From an uncultured Poribacteria bacterium (GTDB taxonomy: Bacteria > Poribacteria > WGA-4E > WGA-3G), in the NCBI GenBank assembly GCA_958296135.2, contig CATQHZ020000001.1, forward strand, positions 1,280,001 to 1,344,000: 64,000 nt of DNA, given 5' to 3'. Positions 47,197 through 57,476 of the stretch are shown here, piece by piece; the stretch's first letter is position 1; the number at the start of each line of letters is the position of its first letter. The notes beneath the pieces were generated by a model. That model was not told the DNA's origin. It saw only the letters and a list, made by a program, of their open reading frames with translations, and searched no databases. A program made the translations under genes and the position numbers.

Positions 47197-50005
47197 TCAA
47201 CGTTAAGTTGTTAAGCGCGTCTTCATACTGCTCTAACCGTTGATACTTAACGATGCCGACGGTGCCATCGATTTCCTGCAGGGGATTCGGTTTTCCGTCG
47301 CGCCAATTTTCGGAGAACATGGCGCGGCGGATGCGTTCCTTCAGAGTGTTTTCAAAGTAGTCGCCCACCTCAACGAGGATGAATTTGCGGTTGCCATTGT
47401 CCGCCTTGTTGAGTTTCAGTACGGCGTGGCCGGTGGTGCCGCTGCCGGCGAAGAAGTCAAGCGTTGTCCCTTTTCCATCGGGTGTGACTGCCCAGACGAG
47501 TTTTTCGTATAGCCCGACAGGATGGGAATAGGGGAAGCTGAGCCCGAGAGCATCCATTCTATGTTTGCCTTTTTCTCCGGAAGGAATTACGGATGCTAAT
47601 TCGCTGACTAAACGCTCCTTCAAATACCATTTCTGCTGAGGTTGACTGGATTCATCAGGTCCAAAAACAATCAGGTTTTTCGCTAATAACCCTTGCATAA
47701 ATTCTGGACTGTTAGACCATCCGTTCGCCGGAACAGGACACGGTTTCTTGGTGGTTGGATGAATTAGCGGTTTAAAATATTTCGGGTCGGTGCGGCGTTC
47801 CGGTGCTCCCATGTGGACGTTTCTATACACGTGCCCATCATCGTCGATCTCCGAAAAAGTTCGTTCGCCGCCGCTCAAATCGCGTTTGCTCCTCAGCAAA
47901 TCTTTAAACGCTTTGCGGCATTCCTCAGTGGGACCACCGTGCTGTTTTATCAATTCGGCTGCTTTATCAAGGATCCAGCGGCGATTAGGAGGATTCACTT
48001 GAAGTTTTATATTCCCCTTGGACTGACAAATGACATATTCGTGTTGTGTAGCTATTGTTTTTGTACCGCCCCCTGGATTTCGCTTGTCCCAGATAATAGT
48101 TCCCTGATTCTGCAGCGGAAGTTGATTGAACACCTGAAACAGGTTCTCATATTCGTTCTCGTCAATATGGCAAAGGATGCAACTACTTTCCGGTGCCATC
48201 AATTGTTCGGCGAGAGAGAGGCGATTTTCCATCATCGTCAACCAGCTCGCGTGCTGATAATCGTTTTTGTATAGAAAACCGCTCGTGTTGGTGTTGTAAG
48301 GCGGATCGATGTGGACGCACTTTATCCTGCCTCGGTATTTCTCCATCAGCAGCTCCAACGCTTGGAAGTTCTCGCTGTTGAGGAGCAGCCCATCTGTTTC
48401 TGCCTCTAAATTGTCAAACAGCGCGAGCAACGTATCCACGAAGTCTGCGTCAAAATGCCGTGTGTCCAGCGGTAGCGTCGGAGGTAGTCCGTCAAGCATG
48501 GGGAATTGCCCCGTAATATCAACGCCGAAAATGTTCCGCCATTCTGCGAGTTGGGCATCGTTGCGGAGAATCTGCGAGATGAGCGTTTCCCGCTGTGCGG
48601 TGTCATTTTTCGTCGCCTCGGCGATTTTCCCCACCGAGATGAGATAGTCTGTTGTGATAACCTTTTTCTTCATGAGAAACAGGCTCTTTTGGAACGTTTC
48701 AACGGCGACGAGCAGCTTGATGATTTCGTCAGTGACGCTTCGGAACGCTTTCGCCACGGCAAACGTCGGGTTTTCGGGACTGAGGTTGAGGAGCGTACCC
48801 AGGTCTCCCAAGATGCCGTTCTGGATATAACGGCGTTGCTCGGTGAACAGGAATTTCCCCAGGGCTTTGTGAATGAAGTAGTCCGAGTCCATGCCGACAA
48901 AGAACCGATTCAAGTTTTTGTCAAACGCATGGAAACGGCGAACGGTTGGGCGCGTCTGGAGTGCTTCCTGCCTGAGGGTTTTGTTTCGGCCGAGTTCGCG
49001 AAAGTCCGAATGTTCGGCGAGTTTCTCGGTGTATTTCTTCAGGCTGATTCGTAAGTTGCGGACACCCCGGATTTGGCCGCCCTGCACCTCGTGAGACTTA
49101 TCTCCCAAGTCCTTAAAGAGTGGTTTTCCTTGTTCGCCACTTTTCCGCGGGCGTTCATAGAGGTAGATGTCAACGTCTTCTGGTTCGCCAAAAATCTGCG
49201 TGTTCATCTCCCGATAGAGTTCTGTCTTCGGCGTTGAGGTCTCCGCTAAGTGCAGAATGACGCGCCAGGTGGGCTCCACAGCGTCGGGTTCTGGCGGCTC
49301 AATTCTACCGAGGCGATAGTGTTTGAAGTCGTCGCGGTTGTTATTCTGTGCGGTGCCGTTCGCCGGCTTTCCCTCCAGTCGGTATTCGATGCGTTTGCCT
49401 TCGATTTTAAAGGCGACGCTATTGAAGCCGGTGGCGGTTTTGACGTAGTAACTGTCGCGGCATTTCCAGTGGAATAGGGTATCGGTGCCGGCGTAGTCTG
49501 CTTCATTGGGGTAATCGATTTGATAGAGCGCGGTGCTCCTGTTGTTGTAGCCGAAGTCGCCATCTCGGTAATAGCGTTCAAAGAAGTTGTGGATGTGGTT
49601 ATAGACACCTGCGGCGAGTTTCGCTTTAAGCGCGCCCGGGCCGGTTTCCAGCGGTGCGCCGAGGTCGCCGCGTTCTTCCTCTTGCAGAAAATTGATAAGG
49701 TTTTGACGGTTTTCGGGGATAGCCTCAAGCCATTCTCGCTGCCGGCGGCCGCCTTCTTCCCGGACGTATTCCTTGAGTTCGCCGAGTTGACTGTCCCAAA
49801 GGGTGCCCGTGACCTGGGCGAGCGCGTTCTCGACGATGTCTGTCAATGCGTCGTCAATAAAACGGTTGACTTCGGCGCGCTTGATTTTGAGGATGCGGAA
49901 GATGCCGAAATCCAGTTCATTTTGCGCGAGGTGGAACATCTCGCGGAGTTTGTTGCGCAGGATGTTTAGTGCTTCGGTTGTGGGGTTCGGTTGTTGCGTT
50001 GGCAT
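47177..50005 (-). CDS. Type III DNA methyltransferase Mod2, catalytic part (ends just after C8 tract)
   Basis: ELDFGIFRI, LFHWKCRDSYYVK, DYFIHK, SENFQAL, HIDPPYN, TLDFFAGSGTTGHA, YQRLEQYEDALNNL. Confidence 0.93.
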   Translation of the reverse strand: MPTQQPNPTTEALNILRNKLREMFHLAQNELDFGIFRILKIKRAEVNRFIDDALTDIVENALAQVTGTLWDSQLGELKEYVREEGGRRQREWLEAIPENRQNLINFLQEEERGDLGAPLETGPGALKAKLAAGVYNHIHNFFERYYRDGDFGYNNRSTALYQIDYPNEADYAGTDTLFHWKCRDSYYVKTATGFNSVAFKIEGKRIEYRLEGKPANGTAQNNNRDDFKHYRLGRIEPPEPDAVEPTWRVILHLAETSTPKTELYREMNTQIFGEPEDVDIYLYERPRKSGEQGKPLFKDLGDKSHEVQGGQIRGVRNLRISLKKYTEKLAEHSDFRELGRNKTLRQEALQTRPTVRRFHAFDKNLNRFFVGMDSDYFIHKALGKFLFTEQRRYIQNGILGDLGTLLNLSPENPTFAVAKAFRSVTDEIIKLLVAVETFQKSLFLMKKKVITTDYLISVGKIAEATKNDTAQRETLISQILRNDAQLAEWRNIFGVDITGQFPMLDGLPPTLPLDTRHFDADFVDTLLALFDNLEAETDGLLLNSENFQALELLMEKYRGRIKCVHIDPPYNTNTSGFLYKNDYQHASWLTMMENRLSLAEQLMAPESSCILCHIDENEYENLFQVFNQLPLQNQGTIIWDKRNPGGGTKTIATQHEYVICQSKGNIKLQVNPPNRRWILDKAAELIKQHGGPTEECRKAFKDLLRSKRDLSGGERTFSEIDDDGHVYRNVHMGAPERRTDPKYFKPLIHPTTKKPCPVPANGWSNSPEFMQGLLAKNLIVFGPDESSQPQQKWYLKERLVSELASVIPSGEKGKHRMDALGLSFPYSHPVGLYEKLVWAVTPDGKGTTLDFFAGSGTTGHAVLKLNKADNGNRKFILVEVGDYFENTLKERIRRAMFSENWRDGKPNPLQEIDGTVGIVKYQRLEQYEDALNNLTLTPPVKI
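47189..47196 (-). repeat. C8 homopolymer (G8 on +) at the Mod2 frameshift junction
   Basis: Coding strand TTGA-CCCCCCCC-GTCAAAATTTAA; C7 or C10 would fuse the frames. Confidence 0.93.
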
Positions 50006-50147
50006 GTTTAACAGATTAGCAGAAATTGCGAAAAAATGTCAAGAGAACGTTTTTCATCGCGCGGAGAGAAATAGTTGCATCTGTCACAGCATTCTGTTAT
50101 TATATCCTACAAAAGTGCTTTTCTCGGAGATTTAACTTACACCCCAC

Positions 50148-50975
50148 ATGAATTTGCTACCTTACGATTGGTGTGCCATCGGCTATTTAGCGATAACCGG
50201 CGTGCTCATCCTGATTTTTCATAAAAACGTTGCCCGATGGTATTTCTACTTGCTGGTGCGCGCGTGTGTTATCGCGGGGATTTTATCGTTAACCTTTGTC
50301 CAAGGTAACTTACCGTACCCGTGGCAATTTATTCGGGATTGGTATCCATTGTCAACTATCGCGCTCTTCTATTTTGAGATGGGCAAACTGACGCAGATGG
50401 TGTTTAACGGCTATTTTGACGACACCGTCATTCGGTGGGAGAAACAGGTTTTCAAGGGTATGCCGAGCGTTGAATTGAGCGAGAAGTTTGCCTCGTTGCT
50501 GCTCTCGGAGTATTTGCACTTCTGCTATTTTAGTTATTACGTCATTGCCATTTTTTTAGCGGCGTGGTTCTATTTTCAGGGTAAATCGGTGCTGTTTCAG
50601 CAGAGCGTCTTCGCCGAGACGTTGACGTTTAACGTGAGTCTGTTGTGTTATCCGTTTATACCGGCTGCGGGGCCTCGCTACCATTTTGATAAAATTGAAG
50701 GGAAGTTGTCTGCAGGTTTTTTCTTCAGGCTGACTCACGCGATTCTCTCGGCAGGTTCCTCCAAAGGCACGGCGTTTCCGAGTTCGCATGTTTCGTTATC
50801 CGTAATTGTGCTGCTGTGCGCGCTCCGTTACGATACGACAGCCTTTCTGATTCTCCTTCCGCTGTGCATAGGGTTGACACTCGGCACCGTCTACGGCAGG
50901 TTTCACTACGCTATTGATGCGCTTGCGGGTGCCGGATTGGCACTCCTGATATTTGGCATCACGCTGGTTATTTGA
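50148..50975 (+). CDS. PAP2-superfamily membrane phosphatase/phosphotransferase
   Basis: PAAGPR, AFPSSHV, TVYGRFHYAID; multiple TM segments. Confidence 0.88.
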   Translation: MNLLPYDWCAIGYLAITGVLILIFHKNVARWYFYLLVRACVIAGILSLTFVQGNLPYPWQFIRDWYPLSTIALFYFEMGKLTQMVFNGYFDDTVIRWEKQVFKGMPSVELSEKFASLLLSEYLHFCYFSYYVIAIFLAAWFYFQGKSVLFQQSVFAETLTFNVSLLCYPFIPAAGPRYHFDKIEGKLSAGFFFRLTHAILSAGSSKGTAFPSSHVSLSVIVLLCALRYDTTAFLILLPLCIGLTLGTVYGRFHYAIDALAGAGLALLIFGITLVI

Positions 50976-51059
50976 ACTGAATTGATTTTCACGTAAAAAT
51001 GTGATACAATTTAAGGATAGGCATACCTGAATGTGAAAAGGACAAGGAGAAAGAAACAG

Positions 51060-52661
51060 ATGAGAGGTTTTGGCATCCACGGCCGCGTTTATCCGGATGA
51101 GCACTACGTCGTCGCCCGCACGGAGGAGCTCGCCGATTTCATCCGCCGGGTTAAATATGGCAAATACATCGTCCTCTTCGCGCCCCGGCAAACCGGAAAA
51201 ACGACGTTCTTCCGGTGGGCTCTGGAGGAGTTGGCTGCAAAAGACGAGACTTACTTTCCCATACATCTCAATTTTGAGCGGTATGAAGACTGGCCTATAG
51301 AAGAATTCTACCGCAGCTTCTACGGAAGAGTTAGTAAGCAAGTCGGGGACGTTTTCCAGAAACGTGATGTCGCCCCCTCTGCGGCGTTAAGCCGATTTTT
51401 GAAAAATGTGCCTCAAGTTACTCAGTGGATGATGCTGCCTTTTTTTGAAGAGTTGGGCAGTTTGCTGACTGGACAGCGGGTGGTGCTCATCATTGATGAG
51501 TTTGATGCCATCCCGCGCGACGCGGTGCGCGGTTTTTTGCATACACTGCGTGACATCTACCTTTCTGATAGAGAGTTTCGATGTCCTTTCAGCGTCGGCA
51601 TCGTCGGGGTGAAGAATATCACGCAGCTCAACTACGACAGGGCTGTCTCGCCGTTTAATGTCCAAGATGAGTTCCACTTGCCGAATTTCACGCTGGCACG
51701 GGTGAAGGAACTTCTCGGGCAGTATACGGCGGAAGTCGGACAAGCGTTCGCGCCGGAAGTCATTGAGAATATCCACAGGCAAACGGCTGGACAGCCGGTG
51801 CTTGTTAACCGCCTCGCGCAGATACTCACAGAGGAGATGGACGTTCCCAAAAACGAGATAATTGGCATGGAGCACTTCGCCGTTGCGCATCGGCAGCTGC
51901 TGCGCGGGCGCAACACGAACATTCAGCATCTCACAACCAATATCCGCCGAGACCCGAGATTTGAAAGGCGGCTGATGCAAATCGCGTCTTATGATGAAGC
52001 GGTAGACTTCAATCTGGACGATGACATCATCAGTGAGCTCGCCACCTATGGAGTCCTCGTGGAGGGTACCAATGGCATGTGTGAAATCGCGAACCCGATT
52101 TATCTCTACCGCATCTTGCGAACGTTCCAGCCGGCGATTAACGGGTTAGAGAGAGACTACTACCCGCAAAACACCGGCAATGGCTATCGCGATTACCTCA
52201 CGGATGCAGGACAGATAGACATGGTGGCTCTGTTGGATAACTTCCGGGACTTCATTGCGCGCGCCGGATTCCGCATTCTCCAAGTACCGGACAAGCCGCG
52301 CGAATATGTTGGGCAACATCTGCTGTTTGCTTATCTGGCTCAGTTTGTGCGGCAGGTGCAGGGAGTCATGCATCTGGAGGTGCAAACCGGGCGCAGGCGG
52401 CTCGATCTGGTGGTGAATCATCGCGCCCGTAAATACATTGTTGAGACTAAGGTTTGGCAAGGCGAACAAAGTTATCGGGCCGGCAAAGAACAACTCGTCG
52501 CGTATCTCAAATTAGAGGGAGCGGCGGAGGGATACTACGTCGTGTTCGATCATCGGCGTGAACCAGAGCCTCGCGTGGAGACGGAGACGCTGGACGGTTT
52601 GAAGATTCGCAGTTATGTCATCCCTGTTGTCCACGAACGTCCATCGGAAAGTGGAACATAA
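51060..52661 (+). CDS. AAA-like ATPase with C-terminal PD-(D/E)XK nuclease-like domain
   Basis: APRQTGKTT, LIIDEFD, SPFNV, TAGQPVLV, GRRRLDL...IVETK...QLVAYL. Confidence 0.85.
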   Translation: MRGFGIHGRVYPDEHYVVARTEELADFIRRVKYGKYIVLFAPRQTGKTTFFRWALEELAAKDETYFPIHLNFERYEDWPIEEFYRSFYGRVSKQVGDVFQKRDVAPSAALSRFLKNVPQVTQWMMLPFFEELGSLLTGQRVVLIIDEFDAIPRDAVRGFLHTLRDIYLSDREFRCPFSVGIVGVKNITQLNYDRAVSPFNVQDEFHLPNFTLARVKELLGQYTAEVGQAFAPEVIENIHRQTAGQPVLVNRLAQILTEEMDVPKNEIIGMEHFAVAHRQLLRGRNTNIQHLTTNIRRDPRFERRLMQIASYDEAVDFNLDDDIISELATYGVLVEGTNGMCEIANPIYLYRILRTFQPAINGLERDYYPQNTGNGYRDYLTDAGQIDMVALLDNFRDFIARAGFRILQVPDKPREYVGQHLLFAYLAQFVRQVQGVMHLEVQTGRRRLDLVVNHRARKYIVETKVWQGEQSYRAGKEQLVAYLKLEGAAEGYYVVFDHRREPEPRVETETLDGLKIRSYVIPVVHERPSESGT

Positions 52662-52738
52662 AACGGGGCCGCTTTCGGCAGATTGCGAGGGCCAGGGCTT
52701 CGCGCTACGTTATCCGGAGAGATATGGAGGAAACACTC

Positions 52739-53971
52739 ATGTCCAACACATTGGCCGTATCGGGCGGCACGCCTGTGCGGAATACAGAAACGCATCCCTG
52801 GGCTTCGTGGCCCCTCAACACAGCCGAGGAGTGGGAGTCTAAAATTGAGCCGCGGCTCCGGGAAGTCTATCTCAGTGGGAATGAAGGTTCTGGCGGCACG
52901 ATGATTGACACATTCGGCGAGCAATATGCCCGCTATTCTGGTACCACCTACGCCATTTTTATGCCGCACGGCACCGATGCCATCAGTGCCGCCTTGGCCG
53001 GCGCGCTGGATTTAGACGGTTTTAGCGATGGCGGGGAGGTTATTGTGCCGAACTATACCTTCGTCGCTACGGCGAGTGCTGTCTTGGAACGCCGCTGCAC
53101 CGTCGCTTTTGTCGACATTGACGCGGACACGTTCACCATCGCTCCGAGTGCCGTTGAGGCTGCAATTCAGCCGAGTACCCGTGCGATTCTGCCTGTCCAC
53201 CTCGGCGGCCATCCGGCGGATATGGGAGCGTTGCGGGAGATTGCCCAACGCCATGGGCTCGCAATCATTGAGGATTGCGCGCAGGCGCACGGCGCGGCGT
53301 ATCGGGGCAAAAAAGTCGGTTCACTCGGCAATGTCGGCGCGTTTAGTTTCCAATCGTCTAAAAACCTTACGTCTGGCGAAGGTGGCATGGTGACTACCGA
53401 TGAGAGAGATATACGCGACCGCGTCTACGCTTTCATGAACGTTGGCCGCGCACCCGGCGGCGCGAGATGGGCATACCCGCGACTCGGGTGGAATTACCGT
53501 CCCTCCGAGTACCTTGCCGCGATACTACAGGTGCGGTTGGAACTGCTGGAAACCCAGACTGACTTGCGTAACCGTAACGCTGCCTATTTGTCAAACGCGT
53601 TGAAGGCAATTTCTGGCATAACGCCGCCGAGACTTGCCCCGTGGGTTACCAAGCACGGGTACCATCTCTACTGCCTCAAGTATGACCCGGGGGCGTTTGG
53701 CGGCAAGGCTCGCGATGAATTTGTCAGTGCGCTATCGGCGGAAGGCGTGCCTTGTTCCATCGGGTACCGCTCGCCGCTCTCGCAAGAACCAGGCATGGCG
53801 CACGTTGCCGAGAAATATCCGCATCTCATCCGCACATGGCCCTCGCCGAATACGGAACGCGTTTGTGAACAGAGCGTGTGGCTTTTCCAAAACCTCTTCC
53901 TCGGTTCCGAGCGAGATATGGATGATATCGTCTCTGCTGTTGCCAAAATTCAACATGCATGGAATTCCTAA
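52739..53971 (+). CDS. DegT/DnrJ/EryC1/StrS PLP-dependent aminotransferase
   Basis: YTFVATA, LPVHLGG, IEDCAQAHGA, FSFQSSKNLTSGEGG, GWNYR. Confidence 0.93.
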   Translation: MSNTLAVSGGTPVRNTETHPWASWPLNTAEEWESKIEPRLREVYLSGNEGSGGTMIDTFGEQYARYSGTTYAIFMPHGTDAISAALAGALDLDGFSDGGEVIVPNYTFVATASAVLERRCTVAFVDIDADTFTIAPSAVEAAIQPSTRAILPVHLGGHPADMGALREIAQRHGLAIIEDCAQAHGAAYRGKKVGSLGNVGAFSFQSSKNLTSGEGGMVTTDERDIRDRVYAFMNVGRAPGGARWAYPRLGWNYRPSEYLAAILQVRLELLETQTDLRNRNAAYLSNALKAISGITPPRLAPWVTKHGYHLYCLKYDPGAFGGKARDEFVSALSAEGVPCSIGYRSPLSQEPGMAHVAEKYPHLIRTWPSPNTERVCEQSVWLFQNLFLGSERDMDDIVSAVAKIQHAWNS

Positions 53972-54338
53972 ACCGCTCCTTATTTACGATGGAGCGTGCG
54001 ATTTTTGCCGATACTGCATCGCGCGCTGGCGGCATGTCACCGGTGGGAGAATTCACTACGCGCCTTATCAAGAAGTTGCATCGCAGTTTCCGCAGATACG
54101 ACTATCGGAATTCCAGGCTTCTGTCCAATTCGTTCTGCCAGACGGAACCGTGTTGAGCGGTGCGGCGGCGGTGTGCCACGCCTTCGGCAACCGAGGTATC
54201 CTCTGGTGCTACGAAAATGTCCCCGGTTTCGCGCCTATGACGGAGGCAGTCTATCGCTTCGTTGCGCGGCATCGCTCCTTTTTCTCCGCGGTGACGCGTA
54301 AGTTTTGGAAAGATAGAAAGGACACAGAACGAACTTGA
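53955..54338 (+). CDS. DCC1-like thiol-disulfide oxidoreductase (DUF393)
   Basis: LLIYDGACDFC (DxxCxxC), LSGAAAV, YRFVARHR. Confidence 0.85.
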   Translation: MHGIPKPLLIYDGACDFCRYCIARWRHVTGGRIHYAPYQEVASQFPQIRLSEFQASVQFVLPDGTVLSGAAAVCHAFGNRGILWCYENVPGFAPMTEAVYRFVARHRSFFSAVTRKFWKDRKDTERT

Positions 54339-54357
54339 AAGGACTATAGGAGAATTT

Positions 54358-55122
54358 ATGCCGAGTCCATTTTTAACCGTCGCGCTAGAAGCGGCGAGAA
54401 ACGCCGAAGAGGTGATTAGGGCTTACTACGATGGCGATGCGATGAACGTGCAATTGAAGGCGGACGAAACGCCTGTCACCCGCGCCGATACCGAAGCCGA
54501 AAGGGTTATCCGCGAGACTCTCAAGGCGGCATTCCCAGAGCATGGGTTTTTAGGCGAAGAATACGGCATTGAAAGAGGCACTTCGCCCTATCTGTGGATT
54601 ATCGATCCGATTGACGGCACCAAGAATTACATCCGAAAAATCCCGGTCTTCGCGACGCAGATTGCGTTAATGCAAGACGAACGCCTTATCCTCGGCGTTT
54701 CCAATGCGCCGTTGCTGAATGAGCTGCTCCATGCAGAGGCAGGCGGTGGTGCATTTTTGAACGGCGAACCGATAACTGTCTCTGGCGTAACTCATCCTTC
54801 AGACGTGATGCTCTGCCACGGCGGGCTGAATTGGTTTACGCCGAAAGGGGTTCTCCCTGGGATGTGCGGCCTCATCAACGCCGCTGCGCGCTCCAGGGGC
54901 TTCGGCGATTTTTACATGTATCACCTCCTCGCCTCTGCCAGGGCGGATGTCGTCGTTGAAGCCGCGATTAGCATCTGGGACATCGCCGCGCTCAGCGTCA
55001 TCGTGCAGGAGGCAGGCGGCAAGGTTACCGACATGCAGGGCCGCGCGATTACGAAGGATACCGCGTCTATGGTTGCAACGAATGGGCATCTGCATGGTGC
55101 GGTATTAGGCTATTTTTCATGA
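54358..55122 (+). CDS. Inositol monophosphatase family (HisN-like histidinol phosphatase)
   Basis: KADETPVTRAD, GEEYG, WIIDPIDGTKNY, RGFGDF, WDIAA. Confidence 0.88.
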   Translation: MPSPFLTVALEAARNAEEVIRAYYDGDAMNVQLKADETPVTRADTEAERVIRETLKAAFPEHGFLGEEYGIERGTSPYLWIIDPIDGTKNYIRKIPVFATQIALMQDERLILGVSNAPLLNELLHAEAGGGAFLNGEPITVSGVTHPSDVMLCHGGLNWFTPKGVLPGMCGLINAAARSRGFGDFYMYHLLASARADVVVEAAISIWDIAALSVIVQEAGGKVTDMQGRAITKDTASMVATNGHLHGAVLGYFS

Positions 55123-55204
55123 GTGCCGCGCGTTATTCCTTGCATCAACGCGCAAACTTGTGCTATACTAATTGACGTATCCTAAAAAAAGCGAGCATTT
55201 TAAA

Positions 55205-55885
55205 ATGCACCTCAATTTCCAAGAAGTCATCGATCTCTCTTATGTCGTTGACGAAAACAGCCCACGCGAACTGCCGATCGATCCGGTTAAAATTTATGAC
55301 CAGGCGACGCTCGAAAAAGATGGCTATTTTGAAAGCCGTGTTGACATGTCTGGGCACTGTTCCACGCATATCGACGCGCCGTGCCTGATGTATCCCGATG
55401 GGTTCACTGTCGCGGAAATCCCGAAAGAGAAACTCACAGGCGCCGCGGTGCTGATGGACTTCTCCGCGATTAAGCAACCAAACGATGCTGTCACCGCCGA
55501 AGATGTAGACGCATGGATAACCGAAAATGGCGATATTCCGGAAGGTAGCATCGTTTTTATGCGTACCGGCATGGATCGATTTGTCTATCAGGATAACTTC
55601 AACCGGGAGTGGATCGGTTTTAGCGCAGCTGCCGCCGAACTGCTTGTTGCAAAAGGCATCAAGGTTATCGGCACCGATGCGTGTAGCATCGATTCGGTTG
55701 CGGGACATCCACCGTTGCACGATGGGTTACCGCCGGCGCATCTCGTCTTCCTCGGAGCCGGGGTCCCGCACGTTGAAGATTTGTGCAATTTAAGTCAACT
55801 GCCAACGCACTTCTACGTCGTGATTGCGCCGTTGAAATTAGCGCGGAGTTCTGGTGCGCCGGCGCGCGTGTTGGCGTTTGTGTAG
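55205..55885 (+). CDS. Cyclase family metal-dependent hydrolase (kynurenine formamidase-like)
   Basis: HCSTHIDAP, FMRTG, IGTDACSID, APLKL...GAPARV. Confidence 0.88.
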   Translation: MHLNFQEVIDLSYVVDENSPRELPIDPVKIYDQATLEKDGYFESRVDMSGHCSTHIDAPCLMYPDGFTVAEIPKEKLTGAAVLMDFSAIKQPNDAVTAEDVDAWITENGDIPEGSIVFMRTGMDRFVYQDNFNREWIGFSAAAAELLVAKGIKVIGTDACSIDSVAGHPPLHDGLPPAHLVFLGAGVPHVEDLCNLSQLPTHFYVVIAPLKLARSSGAPARVLAFV

Positions 55886-55934
55886 GTTGTCAAGGCGGAC
55901 AGCTATAGACATCTGTTCTTACAGGCTCTGACTG

Positions 55935-57389
55935 ATGATACTCAAGATTCCTGAACCGCTGTTATCGTGCTTGCGAGAGATCGGCGAGGTGGGTGGCAAA
56001 TCGACATACCTCGTCGGCGGGCTGGTTCGTGATTTGCTTCTTAAACGGGATAGCCTTGACATTGATATTGTCGTTGAGGGTGATGCGCCCCGGGTGGCAG
56101 AAGCGATGAGGGAACGGTGGGATGGTACGTTAAACGTTCATCCGCAGTTCGGCACGGCAACCGTCACGCCTGCAAACCCGAGCTTGCCGAAAGTTGACTT
56201 CGTCACGGCGCGTCGTGAAACTTATCAGCACCCCGGAACGTTACCTATAGTGAAACAAGGGACTATCGTAGACGATTTGCGCAGACGCGACTTTACCATC
56301 AACGCGCTGGCGATGCGGTTAGATGCCGATGCATTCGGCACTATCGTAGACGAAACGGGCGGCCTGGCAGACCTCGAGGCCGGCACGATTCGGGTGCTGC
56401 ATAAGCAAAGTTTCATGGAGGATCCTACCCGTATTTTCCGGGCTTGCCGCTATGCAGGCAGATACGGCTTTCACATCGCTGATGACGATGCGGTTCTCAT
56501 CCGCGATGCACTGCCGGTGTTATCGGGGCTCAGCGGCGAACGCATCCGAAACGAGCTCGGCCGGGTGCTCCTAGAAGAGAACGCGCCGCAAATTGTGCAA
56601 CAACTAACGGCATTCGATGTATGGGCGGCTGTTTCTGCCGGATGGGAAATTTCCGAGAATTTTGCGCGCATATTTACGAGCGCGCGTCAGGCGATAAGAT
56701 GGGCATCAGAACATCTCATTGATGAAAAATTTGACACCGAGCTTGTCCGATGGATGGCCTTCTTAGGCGCAACTCTGCGGACATATCGGCTTGAGGCACT
56801 GAGTTTTAGACTCGTATTGCCGCATCAACTGCATCGGCTCGTCAGTTGTTCGCCGCAAGACTCGGGAGTAGATGCGCTTTTTCAACGCGCGGGACTGCCG
56901 CTGTCGCCGGACGCAGTTATTGAACATCACAACGGCAAATTGCTTGTCGTTGATGCTGAAAACGGGCAAGCCTATGTCTGTGGGGATGGAAGTCTCTATC
57001 GGGTGCAGACACCGCTGACTACCTATAGTGATGCGATGTGGACGATGTTCATTTTTTTACATGATGCCCCCAGCCCAGGAGCGGTTTACTATCTGCTGAA
57101 ACCTTATCCATTGGAGGCATTGGCCCTGACATATTTTGTAGCCGACGATGAGTCAAAAGCGGAGCGCGAACAGATTGGCACTTACTTGCATACACTGCGG
57201 AAGGTGCAACCGCTCGTCACCGGGCGCGACCTGGTTCAGTGGGGTGAAAAACCGGGGAAATCCTTTGAAACGTTCTTGTCGCGACTCTTTTCGGCGCAGC
57301 TTGATGGGGAAATCAACACGAAATCAGAGGCACATCGCTGGTTGCAGGAGTTTAAAAAAGCCTCGGCGGAAGCAGTATCCGAGAAATAA
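55935..57389 (+). CDS. cca: Class II tRNA nucleotidyltransferase
   Basis: YLVGGLVRD, DIDIV, DFVTARRE, RRDFTINA, EDPTRIFR, SGERI. Confidence 0.88.
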   Translation: MILKIPEPLLSCLREIGEVGGKSTYLVGGLVRDLLLKRDSLDIDIVVEGDAPRVAEAMRERWDGTLNVHPQFGTATVTPANPSLPKVDFVTARRETYQHPGTLPIVKQGTIVDDLRRRDFTINALAMRLDADAFGTIVDETGGLADLEAGTIRVLHKQSFMEDPTRIFRACRYAGRYGFHIADDDAVLIRDALPVLSGLSGERIRNELGRVLLEENAPQIVQQLTAFDVWAAVSAGWEISENFARIFTSARQAIRWASEHLIDEKFDTELVRWMAFLGATLRTYRLEALSFRLVLPHQLHRLVSCSPQDSGVDALFQRAGLPLSPDAVIEHHNGKLLVVDAENGQAYVCGDGSLYRVQTPLTTYSDAMWTMFIFLHDAPSPGAVYYLLKPYPLEALALTYFVADDESKAEREQIGTYLHTLRKVQPLVTGRDLVQWGEKPGKSFETFLSRLFSAQLDGEINTKSEAHRWLQEFKKASAEAVSEK

Positions 57390-57476
57390 TTATTACCGTC
57401 GGACGAGGGAAACCTGTCCCTTGGCATGCCGCGCGCTTCCGTTTTTTTTGGTTAGGTGTTTTTGGTTAGGTAAAAT

